From: a virus
Lineage: Duplodnaviria > Caudoviricetes
DNA length: 58,656 bases
Direction: 5' to 3' (one strand)
Virus record (IMG/VR): IMGVR_UViG_3300032334_000389
Coordinates: 1-58,656 of that record
Both the position numbers and the translations under genes were made by a program. The notes below the pieces were generated by a model, which saw nothing but the letters and a program-made list of their open reading frames with translations, did no database searches and was not told the origin of the DNA. Shown piece after piece: positions 25,546 to 34,916 of this stretch; the stretch's first letter is position 1; each line of letters begins with the position of its first letter.

Positions 25546-27981
25546 ATGAAGGATGTAACCATTAAAATAAATCCTGCTGGCTTTCCAAATCAGTTTGTTT
25601 CAGACAAGGAAAAATCAACATATGAATACGGGCTACAGATAGCTCAGAGCGTGCAATACGAGTGGTTCAGACGAGATAGTGGAACTTGTAAGTTTTATAA
25701 TCAGTGGGGTGAATTTCATCGTCTTAGGTTATATGCAAGGGGAGAACAATCAGTTGCTAAATATAAGAACGAGTTATCAGTAGACGGTGACCTTTCTCAT
25801 TTAAATTTAGATTGGACACCAATTCCAATCATACCAAAGTTTGTCGATATTGTTGTTAACGGTATTTCTGATAGACTTTTTAGAGTTAAGGCTTATGCTC
25901 AGGATGCAGTTTCTGCCGAGAGACGTAGCAAGTATCAGGATATGATAGAGACCGATATGGTGTCTAAGGACATTCTGAACCAGATAAAGGATAGTTTTGG
26001 TGTTGATGCTTTTGATACAAATGCTGACCAACTTCCTCAGGATTCAGAGGAACTTAACTTATTTATGCAGATTAACTACAAGCCAGCGATAGAAATTGCT
26101 GAGGAGACTGCAATTAACACGATACTAGAGGATAACAAGTACTCAGATACTAGAAGCAGAGTTGATTACGACTTAGCTGTTTTAGGTAAGGGTATAGTTA
26201 AGCACCAGTTCCTTCCAGGAAGTGGCGTTCAGATTGATTATGTAGATCCTGCTAATATAGTTCACAGCTACACAGAGGATCCGCACTTTAGGGATTGCTT
26301 CTACTGGGGAGAGATTAAGACCGTAGCTATTACTGAACTACTTAAGATTGATCCTACACTTACAAACGAGCAGCTTGAAGAGATTTCAAAGTACAGTCAG
26401 TCCTGGTATAACTACTACAACAACGCACAGTTCTATCAGAATAGCTTGTTTAGTAGAGACTCTGCTACACTTCTTTATGTTAATTATAAGACAACTAAGA
26501 AGTTTGTTTACAAGAAAAAGATACTAGACACAGGTGGTGTTAGAATGATTCAGAAGGACGACACGTTTAACCCTCCTAACGAGATGATGGAGGACGGTAA
26601 GTTCGAAAAGATTGAGAAGACTATTGATGTGTGGTACGATGGTGTTATGGTGATGGGAACTAACATTATGTTGAAGTGGGAACTTTCAAAGAATATGGTT
26701 AGACCTAAGTCATCATCTCAGCACGCACTTCCAAACTATATAGCAGTAGCTCCAAGAATGTATAAGGGCAACATAGAGTCTTTGGTTAGACGTATGATAC
26801 CGTTTGCTGACTTGATTCAGGTTACTCACTTAAAGTTACAGCAGGTTATATCTAAAGTTGTTCCTGACGGTGTGTTCATAGATGCCGATGGACTTAACGA
26901 GGTTGACTTGGGTAACGGGGCGGCATATAATCCAGAGGATGCATTAAGACTATACTTCCAGACTGGTAGTGTAATTGGAAGAAGCTACACTCAGGATGGT
27001 GAGTTTAATAACGCAAGAGTTCCTATCCAGGAGCTTAACTCTAATAGTGGTCAGGGTAAGATAGCTTCGTTAATCGGAAGTTATAACCACTACCTAGGTA
27101 TGATTAGAGACGTGACAGGATTAAATGAGGCTAGGGATGGTAGTATGCCAGATCAAAACTCTTTGGTTGGTTTACAAAAACTTGCTGCTGCAAATTCAAA
27201 TACAGCCACAAGACACATATTAGACGGAAGTTTAAGTATAACTAAAGAATTAGCTGAGGCTATATCTTATAGGGTTGCTGATATATTAGAGTACTCTGAT
27301 TTTGCAGAGACATTCGCTATGCAGATCGGTAAATATAATGTAAGTCTTCTTGACGAGATTAAGGAGATGTATATATATGATTTCGGTATATTTATAGAGA
27401 TGTCTCCAGACGAGGAGGAGAAAACTAAACTAGAGCAGAACATTCAGGTTGCACTTTCAAGGGATGCAATTACGCTTGAGGATGCTATAGATATTAGAGA
27501 GATAAATAACATTAAGCTGGCTAATCAGTTGCTTAAGCTTAAGAGACGTAAGAAGCAGGAGCAGGATCAACAAAACGCTATGCAGGCTCAACAGATGCAG
27601 GCTCAGATCAATGCTCAGTCTCAGCAGATGGCTGCTCAAAATGCTCTGCAACAAATTCAGGCAGAGACACAATCTAAGATGCAGATTAAGCAGGCGGAGA
27701 TCGGATACGAGATAGAGAAAATGAAGTCTGATGCTCAGCTTAAGATGGAGCTTATGAATATTGAGTATCAGATGAATATGCAGCTTAAGGGTGTTGAAGC
27801 TCAGTCTATAACTATGAAGGACGAGATGAAGGAGAAGGCTAAAGATAACAGGATACTAAAGCAGGCAACAACTCAATCTAAGTTGATTGAACAGCGTAAG
27901 AATAACCTGCCACCTGTTGACTTCGAATCAACAGAGGACAGTCTTGATGGATTTGACTTAGCCGAGTTTGAACCAAGATAA
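25546..27981 (+). CDS. Portal protein
   Basis: 811 aa directly after terL; IIPKFVDIVVNG, IRDVTGLNEARDG; Q-rich C-terminal coiled barrel. Confidence 0.85.
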   Translation: MKDVTIKINPAGFPNQFVSDKEKSTYEYGLQIAQSVQYEWFRRDSGTCKFYNQWGEFHRLRLYARGEQSVAKYKNELSVDGDLSHLNLDWTPIPIIPKFVDIVVNGISDRLFRVKAYAQDAVSAERRSKYQDMIETDMVSKDILNQIKDSFGVDAFDTNADQLPQDSEELNLFMQINYKPAIEIAEETAINTILEDNKYSDTRSRVDYDLAVLGKGIVKHQFLPGSGVQIDYVDPANIVHSYTEDPHFRDCFYWGEIKTVAITELLKIDPTLTNEQLEEISKYSQSWYNYYNNAQFYQNSLFSRDSATLLYVNYKTTKKFVYKKKILDTGGVRMIQKDDTFNPPNEMMEDGKFEKIEKTIDVWYDGVMVMGTNIMLKWELSKNMVRPKSSSQHALPNYIAVAPRMYKGNIESLVRRMIPFADLIQVTHLKLQQVISKVVPDGVFIDADGLNEVDLGNGAAYNPEDALRLYFQTGSVIGRSYTQDGEFNNARVPIQELNSNSGQGKIASLIGSYNHYLGMIRDVTGLNEARDGSMPDQNSLVGLQKLAAANSNTATRHILDGSLSITKELAEAISYRVADILEYSDFAETFAMQIGKYNVSLLDEIKEMYIYDFGIFIEMSPDEEEKTKLEQNIQVALSRDAITLEDAIDIREINNIKLANQLLKLKRRKKQEQDQQNAMQAQQMQAQINAQSQQMAAQNALQQIQAETQSKMQIKQAEIGYEIEKMKSDAQLKMELMNIEYQMNMQLKGVEAQSITMKDEMKEKAKDNRILKQATTQSKLIEQRKNNLPPVDFESTEDSLDGFDLAEFEPR

Positions 27982-27998
27982 TATAAGAAAATAATTAC

Positions 27999-28006
27999 TA
28001 ACTTTG
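27999..28006 (+). promoter_or_regulatory. Bacteroidota -7 box
   Basis: TAACTTTG(CA) before the ATG at 28021. Confidence 0.65.
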
Positions 28007-28020
28007 CAAAAAAATAAATA

Positions 28021-29052
28021 ATGGCATTAACATCATTAACAAGATTTATAGGTATATCTCCAAATGTAAACCTAAAAGAAAGAAAGTCAGCTGTATTAAA
28101 TGCAGAGACTGAACCATTTACAGCTCAGGACATAGCAAATTTTGTTGGAACAGGTGCACAAGGACCTCAGGGAGTTCAAGGACCAGCAGGACCTATTGGA
28201 CCTGTAGGACCAGCAGGTTTAAACTGGCAAGGATCTTGGGCGTCAGGAACATCTTACGTAGCAGATGATGCTGTAGGATATGCTGGAGCGTCTTGGTTCT
28301 GTATATTAGCAACATCTGGAACTACTACTCCAAACTTAGATACAACACATTGGGCGCTATTAGCTTCACAAGGAGCTCAAGGTATTCAAGGGGTTCAAGG
28401 ACCTACTGGACCACAAGGGGCATCTGGAGGTGCTGGAACATTGCAGCAGACATTAACTAATGGAAATACTTTTACAAGTGGAGGTTTTACTACAACATTA
28501 ACAAACACAAATATAGAAGTTGGAGGTTCAAGTACTTCAGGAATGAATTTAGGCGGTCGTCAAATTACTTGTAGAAGAGGGGCAGGCTCTCAATTTATGA
28601 CTTTACAGTTTCCTAATACTTTATCAACTGTTAGATTAATAGATTTTCCAAACGCTTCTGGAACTGTTGCTTTAACTAGTGATGTTACATTACAGAAAGC
28701 AATAACTGGAGGTAATACCATTACAGACGGTGTAACAACAATGACAGTATTAGCTGATTCTATAAAAACAAACGATTTCCTTGGGGGAAAAATAGAGTTA
28801 GTATCTACGGCTGGAGTTAATCCTTTTTTAAAAATAGGATTACCTTCTTCTTCTGGCAAGACAGTAACTTTAACTTCAGCAGATTCACAAACAGCGAGCA
28901 GAACTATAAAATTACCAGATGCTGATGGAACTTTGGCTATAGCACCAACTGTAGCTGGTAACTATGTTAATGATGCAGCAGCAGCAGCTGGAGGAATTGT
29001 GGTTGGAGGATTATATCATACAGCAGGTGTAGTAAAAATTAGATTAACATAA
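28021..29052 (+). CDS. Collagen-repeat fibre protein with a Trp-rich carbohydrate-binding-like module
   Basis: Two Gly-X-Y runs flanking WQGSWASGTSYVADDAV..WFCI..HWALLA; repeated R.I..P.A.GT.A. Confidence 0.75.
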   Translation: MALTSLTRFIGISPNVNLKERKSAVLNAETEPFTAQDIANFVGTGAQGPQGVQGPAGPIGPVGPAGLNWQGSWASGTSYVADDAVGYAGASWFCILATSGTTTPNLDTTHWALLASQGAQGIQGVQGPTGPQGASGGAGTLQQTLTNGNTFTSGGFTTTLTNTNIEVGGSSTSGMNLGGRQITCRRGAGSQFMTLQFPNTLSTVRLIDFPNASGTVALTSDVTLQKAITGGNTITDGVTTMTVLADSIKTNDFLGGKIELVSTAGVNPFLKIGLPSSSGKTVTLTSADSQTASRTIKLPDADGTLAIAPTVAGNYVNDAAAAAGGIVVGGLYHTAGVVKIRLT

Positions 29053-29062
29053 ATAAAACAAT

Positions 29063-29425
29063 ATGACAACAGAAGATATCGCAGGAAGATTAGCTACGTT
29101 TCACGAGCAGTTCCATATGATTCACTGGGAGACAAGAAGTTTCGCAGAACACAAGGCAACAGGAGGATTCTATGAATTCTTACAAGACTTCAAGGATGAG
29201 GTTATTGAGAAGATAATGGGATATACTGGAAAGAGAATCAAGGGTATGCGAATTGAGCCTATGAAATCTGGACAGGATGCTTTAGAGCTTACAGATCAGG
29301 TGTTAATGTTCGCTAACGAACTTGAAGTTTTTGGAGATGTTAATAGGTTTCCAGATATATGTAATATGGCTCAATCACTTTCAGGTGAGGCGGCAAAGCT
29401 TAAATATTTATTGACTCTGTCATAA
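29063..29425 (+). CDS. Ferritin/Dps-like four-helix protein (DUF5856-type)
   Basis: HMIHWET.SFAEHKA..FY....D...E..MG, ending KLKYLLTL. Confidence 0.7.
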   Translation: MTTEDIAGRLATFHEQFHMIHWETRSFAEHKATGGFYEFLQDFKDEVIEKIMGYTGKRIKGMRIEPMKSGQDALELTDQVLMFANELEVFGDVNRFPDICNMAQSLSGEAAKLKYLLTLS

Positions 29426-29455
29426 ATAATAATATAATTTAATAAATCAAATCAA

Positions 29456-30556
29456 ATGGAAAATTTTACAGTGCGCGATATTGGCGCAGGGGAGGAACGC
29501 TCTATTCAAGAAATTGAACAGGAGTTATTAGACAAGCACGAGGAGAAGTTTAATCAGGATGTTCAGAAGGAAGAAGCGTTCATTGAGAATGAACAGGTTG
29601 AAACTAATGAACAAGTTGAAACTACTCCAGAATTAAGAGATGAGGACGTATTGTCCTACATCAAAGGAAGATACAATAAGGATATCAACTCTGTTGATGA
29701 ATTATTTAAGGAACGTGAACAGAATGAGGAGTTACCCTCAGATGTTTCAGCATTCTTAAAGTATAAAAAAGAAACTGGAAGGGGTATTGATGACTTTATG
29801 AATTTAAGTAAAGACTTCAGTAAATTATCTCCAGAAAAACTTTTAGCTGAGTATTACTCAGTTACCGAGTCAGACTTGGATGACGAGGATATCAACTATA
29901 TGATCGAAGATAAATTTGGATACGATCCAGACTTTGATGAGGAGAAGGATATTAAGAAAAAAGAAATCGCCAAGAAGAAAGAGCTTGCCAAAGCTAAGAA
30001 GTTTTTTGAAGATCAGAAGGAGCAGTACAAGTCACCACTTGAGTCAAGGGGTAGCTTAGTTCCAGATGAGGATAAGGAAAACTACAACGCTTACAAGAAA
30101 TACGTTCAAGACGCACAGACCGTGCAGCAAGAGAGTTACAAAAAGTCTGAGTATTTTCAGAAGAAGACTGAAGAACTTTTCAACCAGGATTTCAAAGGTT
30201 TTGATTTCAACATTGGTGACAAGGATTTAAAGTTTTTACCTGGTGATCCAGCAGACTTAAAGAAGTCTCAATCTGATTTAACAAATTATATATCTAAGTT
30301 CTTAGATAACGATGGGTTAATTTCAGACGCTGTTGGTTATCACAGATCCTTATCTGTAGCTATGAATCCTGAAAAATTTGCTAGGTTCTTTTATGAACAA
30401 GGCAAAGCTGAGGCGTTATTAGATACCGCCAAACAAACTAAAAACATTGATATGGATGTGAGAACATCTCCTCAATCTATCAGCTCATCAGGAGTTAAAG
30501 TGAAAAGTATAGACGATGGTGCTGGTCGTGGACTTAAATTTAAAAGTATAAAATAA
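29456..30556 (+). CDS. Probable capsid scaffolding protein
   Basis: Acidic, helical 366-aa protein directly upstream of the major capsid gene. Confidence 0.65.
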   Translation: MENFTVRDIGAGEERSIQEIEQELLDKHEEKFNQDVQKEEAFIENEQVETNEQVETTPELRDEDVLSYIKGRYNKDINSVDELFKEREQNEELPSDVSAFLKYKKETGRGIDDFMNLSKDFSKLSPEKLLAEYYSVTESDLDDEDINYMIEDKFGYDPDFDEEKDIKKKEIAKKKELAKAKKFFEDQKEQYKSPLESRGSLVPDEDKENYNAYKKYVQDAQTVQQESYKKSEYFQKKTEELFNQDFKGFDFNIGDKDLKFLPGDPADLKKSQSDLTNYISKFLDNDGLISDAVGYHRSLSVAMNPEKFARFFYEQGKAEALLDTAKQTKNIDMDVRTSPQSISSSGVKVKSIDDGAGRGLKFKSIK

Positions 30557-30574
30557 CATTAAAAAATTTAAAAA

Positions 30575-31999
30575 ATGTCAGTATTATCTACACCAGGCTT
30601 TGATTTGCAGCCTTCAGCAGAGAGAAAAACTCTAGCATCAAATTACATCACAAACTTTGACTTCTTGAATCAGTATCTTCCAGATACTTACGAGAAAGAG
30701 TTTGAAAGATATGGTAACCGTTCAGTTGCTTCTTTCTTAAGAGCAGTTGGAGCTGAGATGCCATCTATTTCTGACCTTATCAAATGGGCAGAGCAAGGTC
30801 GTTTACACACTAAATATGTTAACTGTGTTGCTACAGGTTTCCCTGCAGGTTCATTAACAGCTACAGTTATTGTTAATGATGTATTAAATCCTGCTGTAAC
30901 TTCTACTACAGGTATTGCATTTAGAATTGGACAGACAGTTATATTGTCTTCTAACACTAATGCTGCTAACTCTAACAAAGGTATTATTACTGATGTTGAC
31001 TATGCTAACGGAACTTTTGACGTAGCTTACTACGAGGCTGCAGGTCAAACTTTTGCAGCTACTGATGTAATCACTACATTTGTTTATGGTTCAGAGTTTA
31101 GAAAAGGAACTGAAGGAATGGTTGAGTCTTTAGAGGCTAATGACTTGATCTTAGAGAACAGCCCAATTATCATCAAAGATAAGTATGCAGTATCTGGTTC
31201 AGATATGGCTCAAATCGGATGGGTTGAGGTTACTACTGAGAATGGTGCTACAGGTTACTTATGGTACATCAAATCAGAGCACGAAACTCGTTTGAGATTT
31301 GAGGATTACTTAGAGTTAGCTATGATTGAAGCTGTACCAGCTGAAGCTAATTCAGGAGCTGCTGTTCAATCTGCTGTTGGTAACAAAGGATCTGAAGGTT
31401 TATTCTACTCTGTTTCTCAAAGAGGAAACGTATGGGGTGGTGGTAACCCAACTACATTGTCTGACTTCGATACTATTATCCAACGTCTTGACAAGCAAGG
31501 TGCTATCCAAGAGAATGTGTTATTCGTTAACCGTCAGTTCTCTTTCGATATCGATGATATGTTAGCTGCTCAAAACTCTTACGGAGCTGGTGGTACATCT
31601 TACGGTTTATTCGATAACGATAAAGATATGGCATTGAACTTAGGATTTACAGGATTCAGAAGAGGTTACGACTTCTACAAAACTGACTGGAAATACTTAA
31701 ACGATGCTGCTACTCGTGGTGGTTTAGTTGGTGGTGCTGTAAATGGAGTATTAGTTCCTGCTGGATCTACAACTGTTTATGACCAAGTATTAGGTAAAAA
31801 CGCTAAGAGACCATTCTTACACGTACGTTACAGAGCTTCTGAAACAGAAGATCGTCGTTACAAAACTTGGATTACTGGTTCTGCTGGTGGTGCTGCTACA
31901 TCTTCTTTAGATGCTATGGAGGTTCACTTCTTATCAGAGAGAGCGTTATGTACTTTAGGTGCTAACAACTTCTTCATATTCGAAGGAACTGCTCTATAA
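30575..31999 (+). CDS. Major capsid protein
   Basis: 474 aa; strongly biased codon usage; sits after portal and scaffold, followed by a strong terminator. Confidence 0.85.
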   Translation: MSVLSTPGFDLQPSAERKTLASNYITNFDFLNQYLPDTYEKEFERYGNRSVASFLRAVGAEMPSISDLIKWAEQGRLHTKYVNCVATGFPAGSLTATVIVNDVLNPAVTSTTGIAFRIGQTVILSSNTNAANSNKGIITDVDYANGTFDVAYYEAAGQTFAATDVITTFVYGSEFRKGTEGMVESLEANDLILENSPIIIKDKYAVSGSDMAQIGWVEVTTENGATGYLWYIKSEHETRLRFEDYLELAMIEAVPAEANSGAAVQSAVGNKGSEGLFYSVSQRGNVWGGGNPTTLSDFDTIIQRLDKQGAIQENVLFVNRQFSFDIDDMLAAQNSYGAGGTSYGLFDNDKDMALNLGFTGFRRGYDFYKTDWKYLNDAATRGGLVGGAVNGVLVPAGSTTVYDQVLGKNAKRPFLHVRYRASETEDRRYKTWITGSAGGAATSSLDAMEVHFLSERALCTLGANNFFIFEGTAL

Positions 32000-32015
32000 T
32001 AATAAATAAATACCC

Positions 32016-32052
32016 AACAGGGAGATGAGATACTCTCCCTGTTATTTTTTTT
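32016..32052 (+). terminator. Intrinsic terminator after the capsid gene
   Basis: AACAGGGAGA...TCTCCCTGTT followed by T8. Confidence 0.85.
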
Positions 32053-32072
32053 AACAAATTAAATTATATCAA

Positions 32073-32813
32073 ATGAACAAAGAAACTGCATTAGTAGATA
32101 GAATCTACGTATTAAAAAAAAGAAACACTCCGCTGTCATATATGTTGACATCGAAGAACACTTCAAGAAGTCCGTTATATTACTTTGATGGACAATCAAA
32201 CAGACCACTTAGATATGCAAGAAACCAAAAGACACCTTTCGAGGATGAGCAGGATGGTTCAGCTATTTTAGAGCCTATTGTATTTGTTGATGGTTCATTA
32301 ACTGTACATAAAACAAATCCAGTGCTACAAAAATTCTTAGAATTTCACCCAGGAAATGGGATTGTATTTGAGGAAGTAAACACAGAGAAAGATGCGTCTG
32401 CACAATTCGATAAGTTAACTACAGAGTTGGATGCACAGTTAGCAGCAAGAGACCTTTCGGTTGATATGCTTGAGGCTGTTGCTAGGGTTGTATTGGGTGG
32501 TAGGATAGACAAGATGTCTACATCTGAACTTAAGAGAGACGTGCTTGTTTATGCAAGAACATATCCTGAGAAATTTATGGAGATGTTGAATGATCCAATG
32601 CTACAATTACAGAACACCTGTGCTAAGTTATTTGATCAAGATGTGTTGAGACTTAAAAATAAAGGAAGGGATGTTTATTTCAACCTTGAGACAAACAAGA
32701 AGAAATTGTTGACAGTTCCTTACGGTGAGAATCACTTATTTATCTTGGCATCACATTTGAAGTCAGATGACGGAATTGAAACACTTAGACTACTTGAGAG
32801 TCATTTAGATTAG
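32073..32813 (+). CDS. Hypothetical (virion-associated?) protein (246 aa)
   Basis: ORF after the capsid gene; RPLRYARNQKTPFEDEQ. Confidence 0.75.
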   Translation: MNKETALVDRIYVLKKRNTPLSYMLTSKNTSRSPLYYFDGQSNRPLRYARNQKTPFEDEQDGSAILEPIVFVDGSLTVHKTNPVLQKFLEFHPGNGIVFEEVNTEKDASAQFDKLTTELDAQLAARDLSVDMLEAVARVVLGGRIDKMSTSELKRDVLVYARTYPEKFMEMLNDPMLQLQNTCAKLFDQDVLRLKNKGRDVYFNLETNKKKLLTVPYGENHLFILASHLKSDDGIETLRLLESHLD

Positions 32814-32825
32814 TATTATTTTTAG

Positions 32826-32833
32826 TATCTTTG
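32826..32833 (+). promoter_or_regulatory. Bacteroidota -7 box
   Basis: TATCTTTG(CA). Confidence 0.65.
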
Positions 32834-32865
32834 CAAAGATTATTAATCATAAACAAAAGATAAAA

Positions 32866-33150
32866 ATGGAAAAATTTTTAAGTATTCCTGTGACTAACGA
32901 GCAATTTCAAATTGTTTCTGCTACAGACATTAAACTTATTGAACAAGCATCAACTACTACTGTTACTATTGCTTACGGTGGAGGTAGAACTGCTACTATC
33001 ACTCACGCAACTGCTGGAGCTGGTATTGAAACGCAAAGAGACGCTATTGAGGCAGCTGTTGTTGCAGCCTTAGGTGAGGGATGGACAAAAGTAACTTACG
33101 ATGTTACATTATTACCGTTCGCTGTTTCAGGAATAGATATTTCTGCGTAA
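32866..33150 (+). CDS. Small monocistronic, probably structural protein (94 aa)
   Basis: Own promoter and terminator; Ala/Thr-rich. Confidence 0.7.
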   Translation: MEKFLSIPVTNEQFQIVSATDIKLIEQASTTTVTIAYGGGRTATITHATAGAGIETQRDAIEAAVVAALGEGWTKVTYDVTLLPFAVSGIDISA

Positions 33151-33174
33151 TTGTTTTTGTTCTTAATGAAAGCT

Positions 33175-33204
33175 AAAGGCACTCTGATTAGAGTGCTTTT
33201 TTTT
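33175..33204 (+). terminator. Intrinsic terminator
   Basis: AAAGGCACTCT-GATT-AGAGTGCTTT followed by a T run. Confidence 0.85.
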
Positions 33205-33206
33205 AT

Positions 33207-33214
33207 TATCTTTG
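33207..33214 (+). promoter_or_regulatory. Bacteroidota -7 box for the tail operon
   Basis: TATCTTTG(TA). Confidence 0.65.
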
Positions 33215-33229
33215 TAAAAAGTTTTTAGT

Positions 33230-33994
33230 ATGATAAACTCAGTTAGAAATACAGTTCTATCTGTTATAAATAAGAATAACTACGGCTATATTACACCTGC
33301 TGATTTCAACCTATACGCCAAGCAAGCACAGATGGAATTGTATGAGGAGTACTACTCTTCCTATAACAAAACCATCAATATGGAGAATGCTCGTATGTCA
33401 GGTACTGACTACGCTGATATTGAGCAGCCAATATCTGAAACTCTTGAGTCTTTTTTAGTTACGTCAATATTAAACTCAGTTCAAAATAATGTTTGGTACG
33501 CACCTTCAGTTAATACAACTGGTAGTGATTCATATATGATACTAAGGATTGATTGTTTAGATCCGCTTAATAAAAGAATCGCTACAGCTGAGAAGGTTTC
33601 CAACGCAAGAATAATGATGCTTTCAGACTCTAACTTGACTGGACCATCGATGATGTATCCATCATACACTTACGAGCAGGATTCAAGTGGAGTATCTACT
33701 ATTTCAGTATATCCTGATACTATAGATGATAGTCAAGGATATTCTTTAAAGTGTTCTTACTTTACATATCCTAAAGATCCTAAGTGGACTTATGTTACAC
33801 TTATGAACGGTGAGCCTATGTTTGATCAGTCTCAACCAGATTATCAAGACTTTCAGCTTCCTAATGAGGATGAGTATAAACTAGCTATGAAGATACTTCA
33901 ATACGCTGGAATATCAATAAGAGAACAAGAGGTTGCTGCTTACGCATTAGGTCAGGAACAACACGAACAACCAACATTTAGTCAACAACAATAA
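33230..33994 (+). CDS. Tail tubular/adaptor (ring) protein
   Basis: NKNNYGYITPADFNLYAKQAQ N-terminus, Y.T.PKDPKW, ILQYAGISIR; head-tail position. Confidence 0.6.
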   Translation: MINSVRNTVLSVINKNNYGYITPADFNLYAKQAQMELYEEYYSSYNKTINMENARMSGTDYADIEQPISETLESFLVTSILNSVQNNVWYAPSVNTTGSDSYMILRIDCLDPLNKRIATAEKVSNARIMMLSDSNLTGPSMMYPSYTYEQDSSGVSTISVYPDTIDDSQGYSLKCSYFTYPKDPKWTYVTLMNGEPMFDQSQPDYQDFQLPNEDEYKLAMKILQYAGISIREQEVAAYALGQEQHEQPTFSQQQ

Positions 33995-33996
33995 TT

Positions 33997-34914
33997 ATGG
34001 CATACTTAACTGGCTATCAATATTATGAGAATGCTGGAAACTCTCCAGAGAATGAAAACTGGGGAACGTACCAGTATGTATCACTAAAGGATATAGTTAA
34101 CAACTTTATGTTGATGTATGTAGGTAATCACAAGCTTGTTAATAATGTTGACAAGTACGAGATACTGTTTCACGCAAAGAGAGGTATTCAGGAGTTAAAC
34201 TATGACGCATTAAAAGAGATTAAGATTGTAGAGCTTAGTATATGTGACGACCTTAAGTTGGTCCTACCACCAGACTACGTTAACTACGTTAGAATATCAT
34301 TGTACAAGGATGGCGTATTAAGACCGCTAACTGAGAACATTCAGACAAACTACAGTAACTCATACCTACAGGATAACAGCTGTAGGGTATTGTTTGATCA
34401 GGATGGAAACGTATTAGAAGGTACATCTATATTAGACTACGATAGAATACACAAGTTAAACAAGAGTATTTATTTAGGTGATGGTAAGTTTAATGGACTA
34501 GAGGGATACAACCTTGACGGTAAGTGGTACTTTAACCATACTATTGGGGCTAGATTTGGTCTTAATACAGAGACTGCAAACGTAAACCCTACGTACAGAA
34601 TAGATAAGAAGTCAGGTGTTATAAACTTTGGATCAGGAATGGCTGGTCAGCTTTGTATACTTGAGTACGTTACTGACGGTATGGAGGGAGGAGACGACTC
34701 CGAGGTTACGGTAAATAAGATGGCTGAAGAGTTCTTATACGCATACATTAAGTATAACGTGCTTACTAATAAGTACGGAGTTCAGGAGTATGTTGTAAAT
34801 AGAGCTAAGAAAGAGAAAACAGCACTTCTAAGAAACGCAAAAATAAGATTGAGTAACATACACCCTGGAAGATTATTGATGAATATGAGGGGCAAAGATA
34901 AGTGGATTAAATAA
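33997..34914 (+). CDS. Second tail ring/adaptor-like protein
   Basis: LPPDYVNYVRIS, ILEYVTDG, EEFLYAYI; position. Confidence 0.55.
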   Translation: MAYLTGYQYYENAGNSPENENWGTYQYVSLKDIVNNFMLMYVGNHKLVNNVDKYEILFHAKRGIQELNYDALKEIKIVELSICDDLKLVLPPDYVNYVRISLYKDGVLRPLTENIQTNYSNSYLQDNSCRVLFDQDGNVLEGTSILDYDRIHKLNKSIYLGDGKFNGLEGYNLDGKWYFNHTIGARFGLNTETANVNPTYRIDKKSGVINFGSGMAGQLCILEYVTDGMEGGDDSEVTVNKMAEEFLYAYIKYNVLTNKYGVQEYVVNRAKKEKTALLRNAKIRLSNIHPGRLLMNMRGKDKWIK

Positions 34915-34916
34915 GT

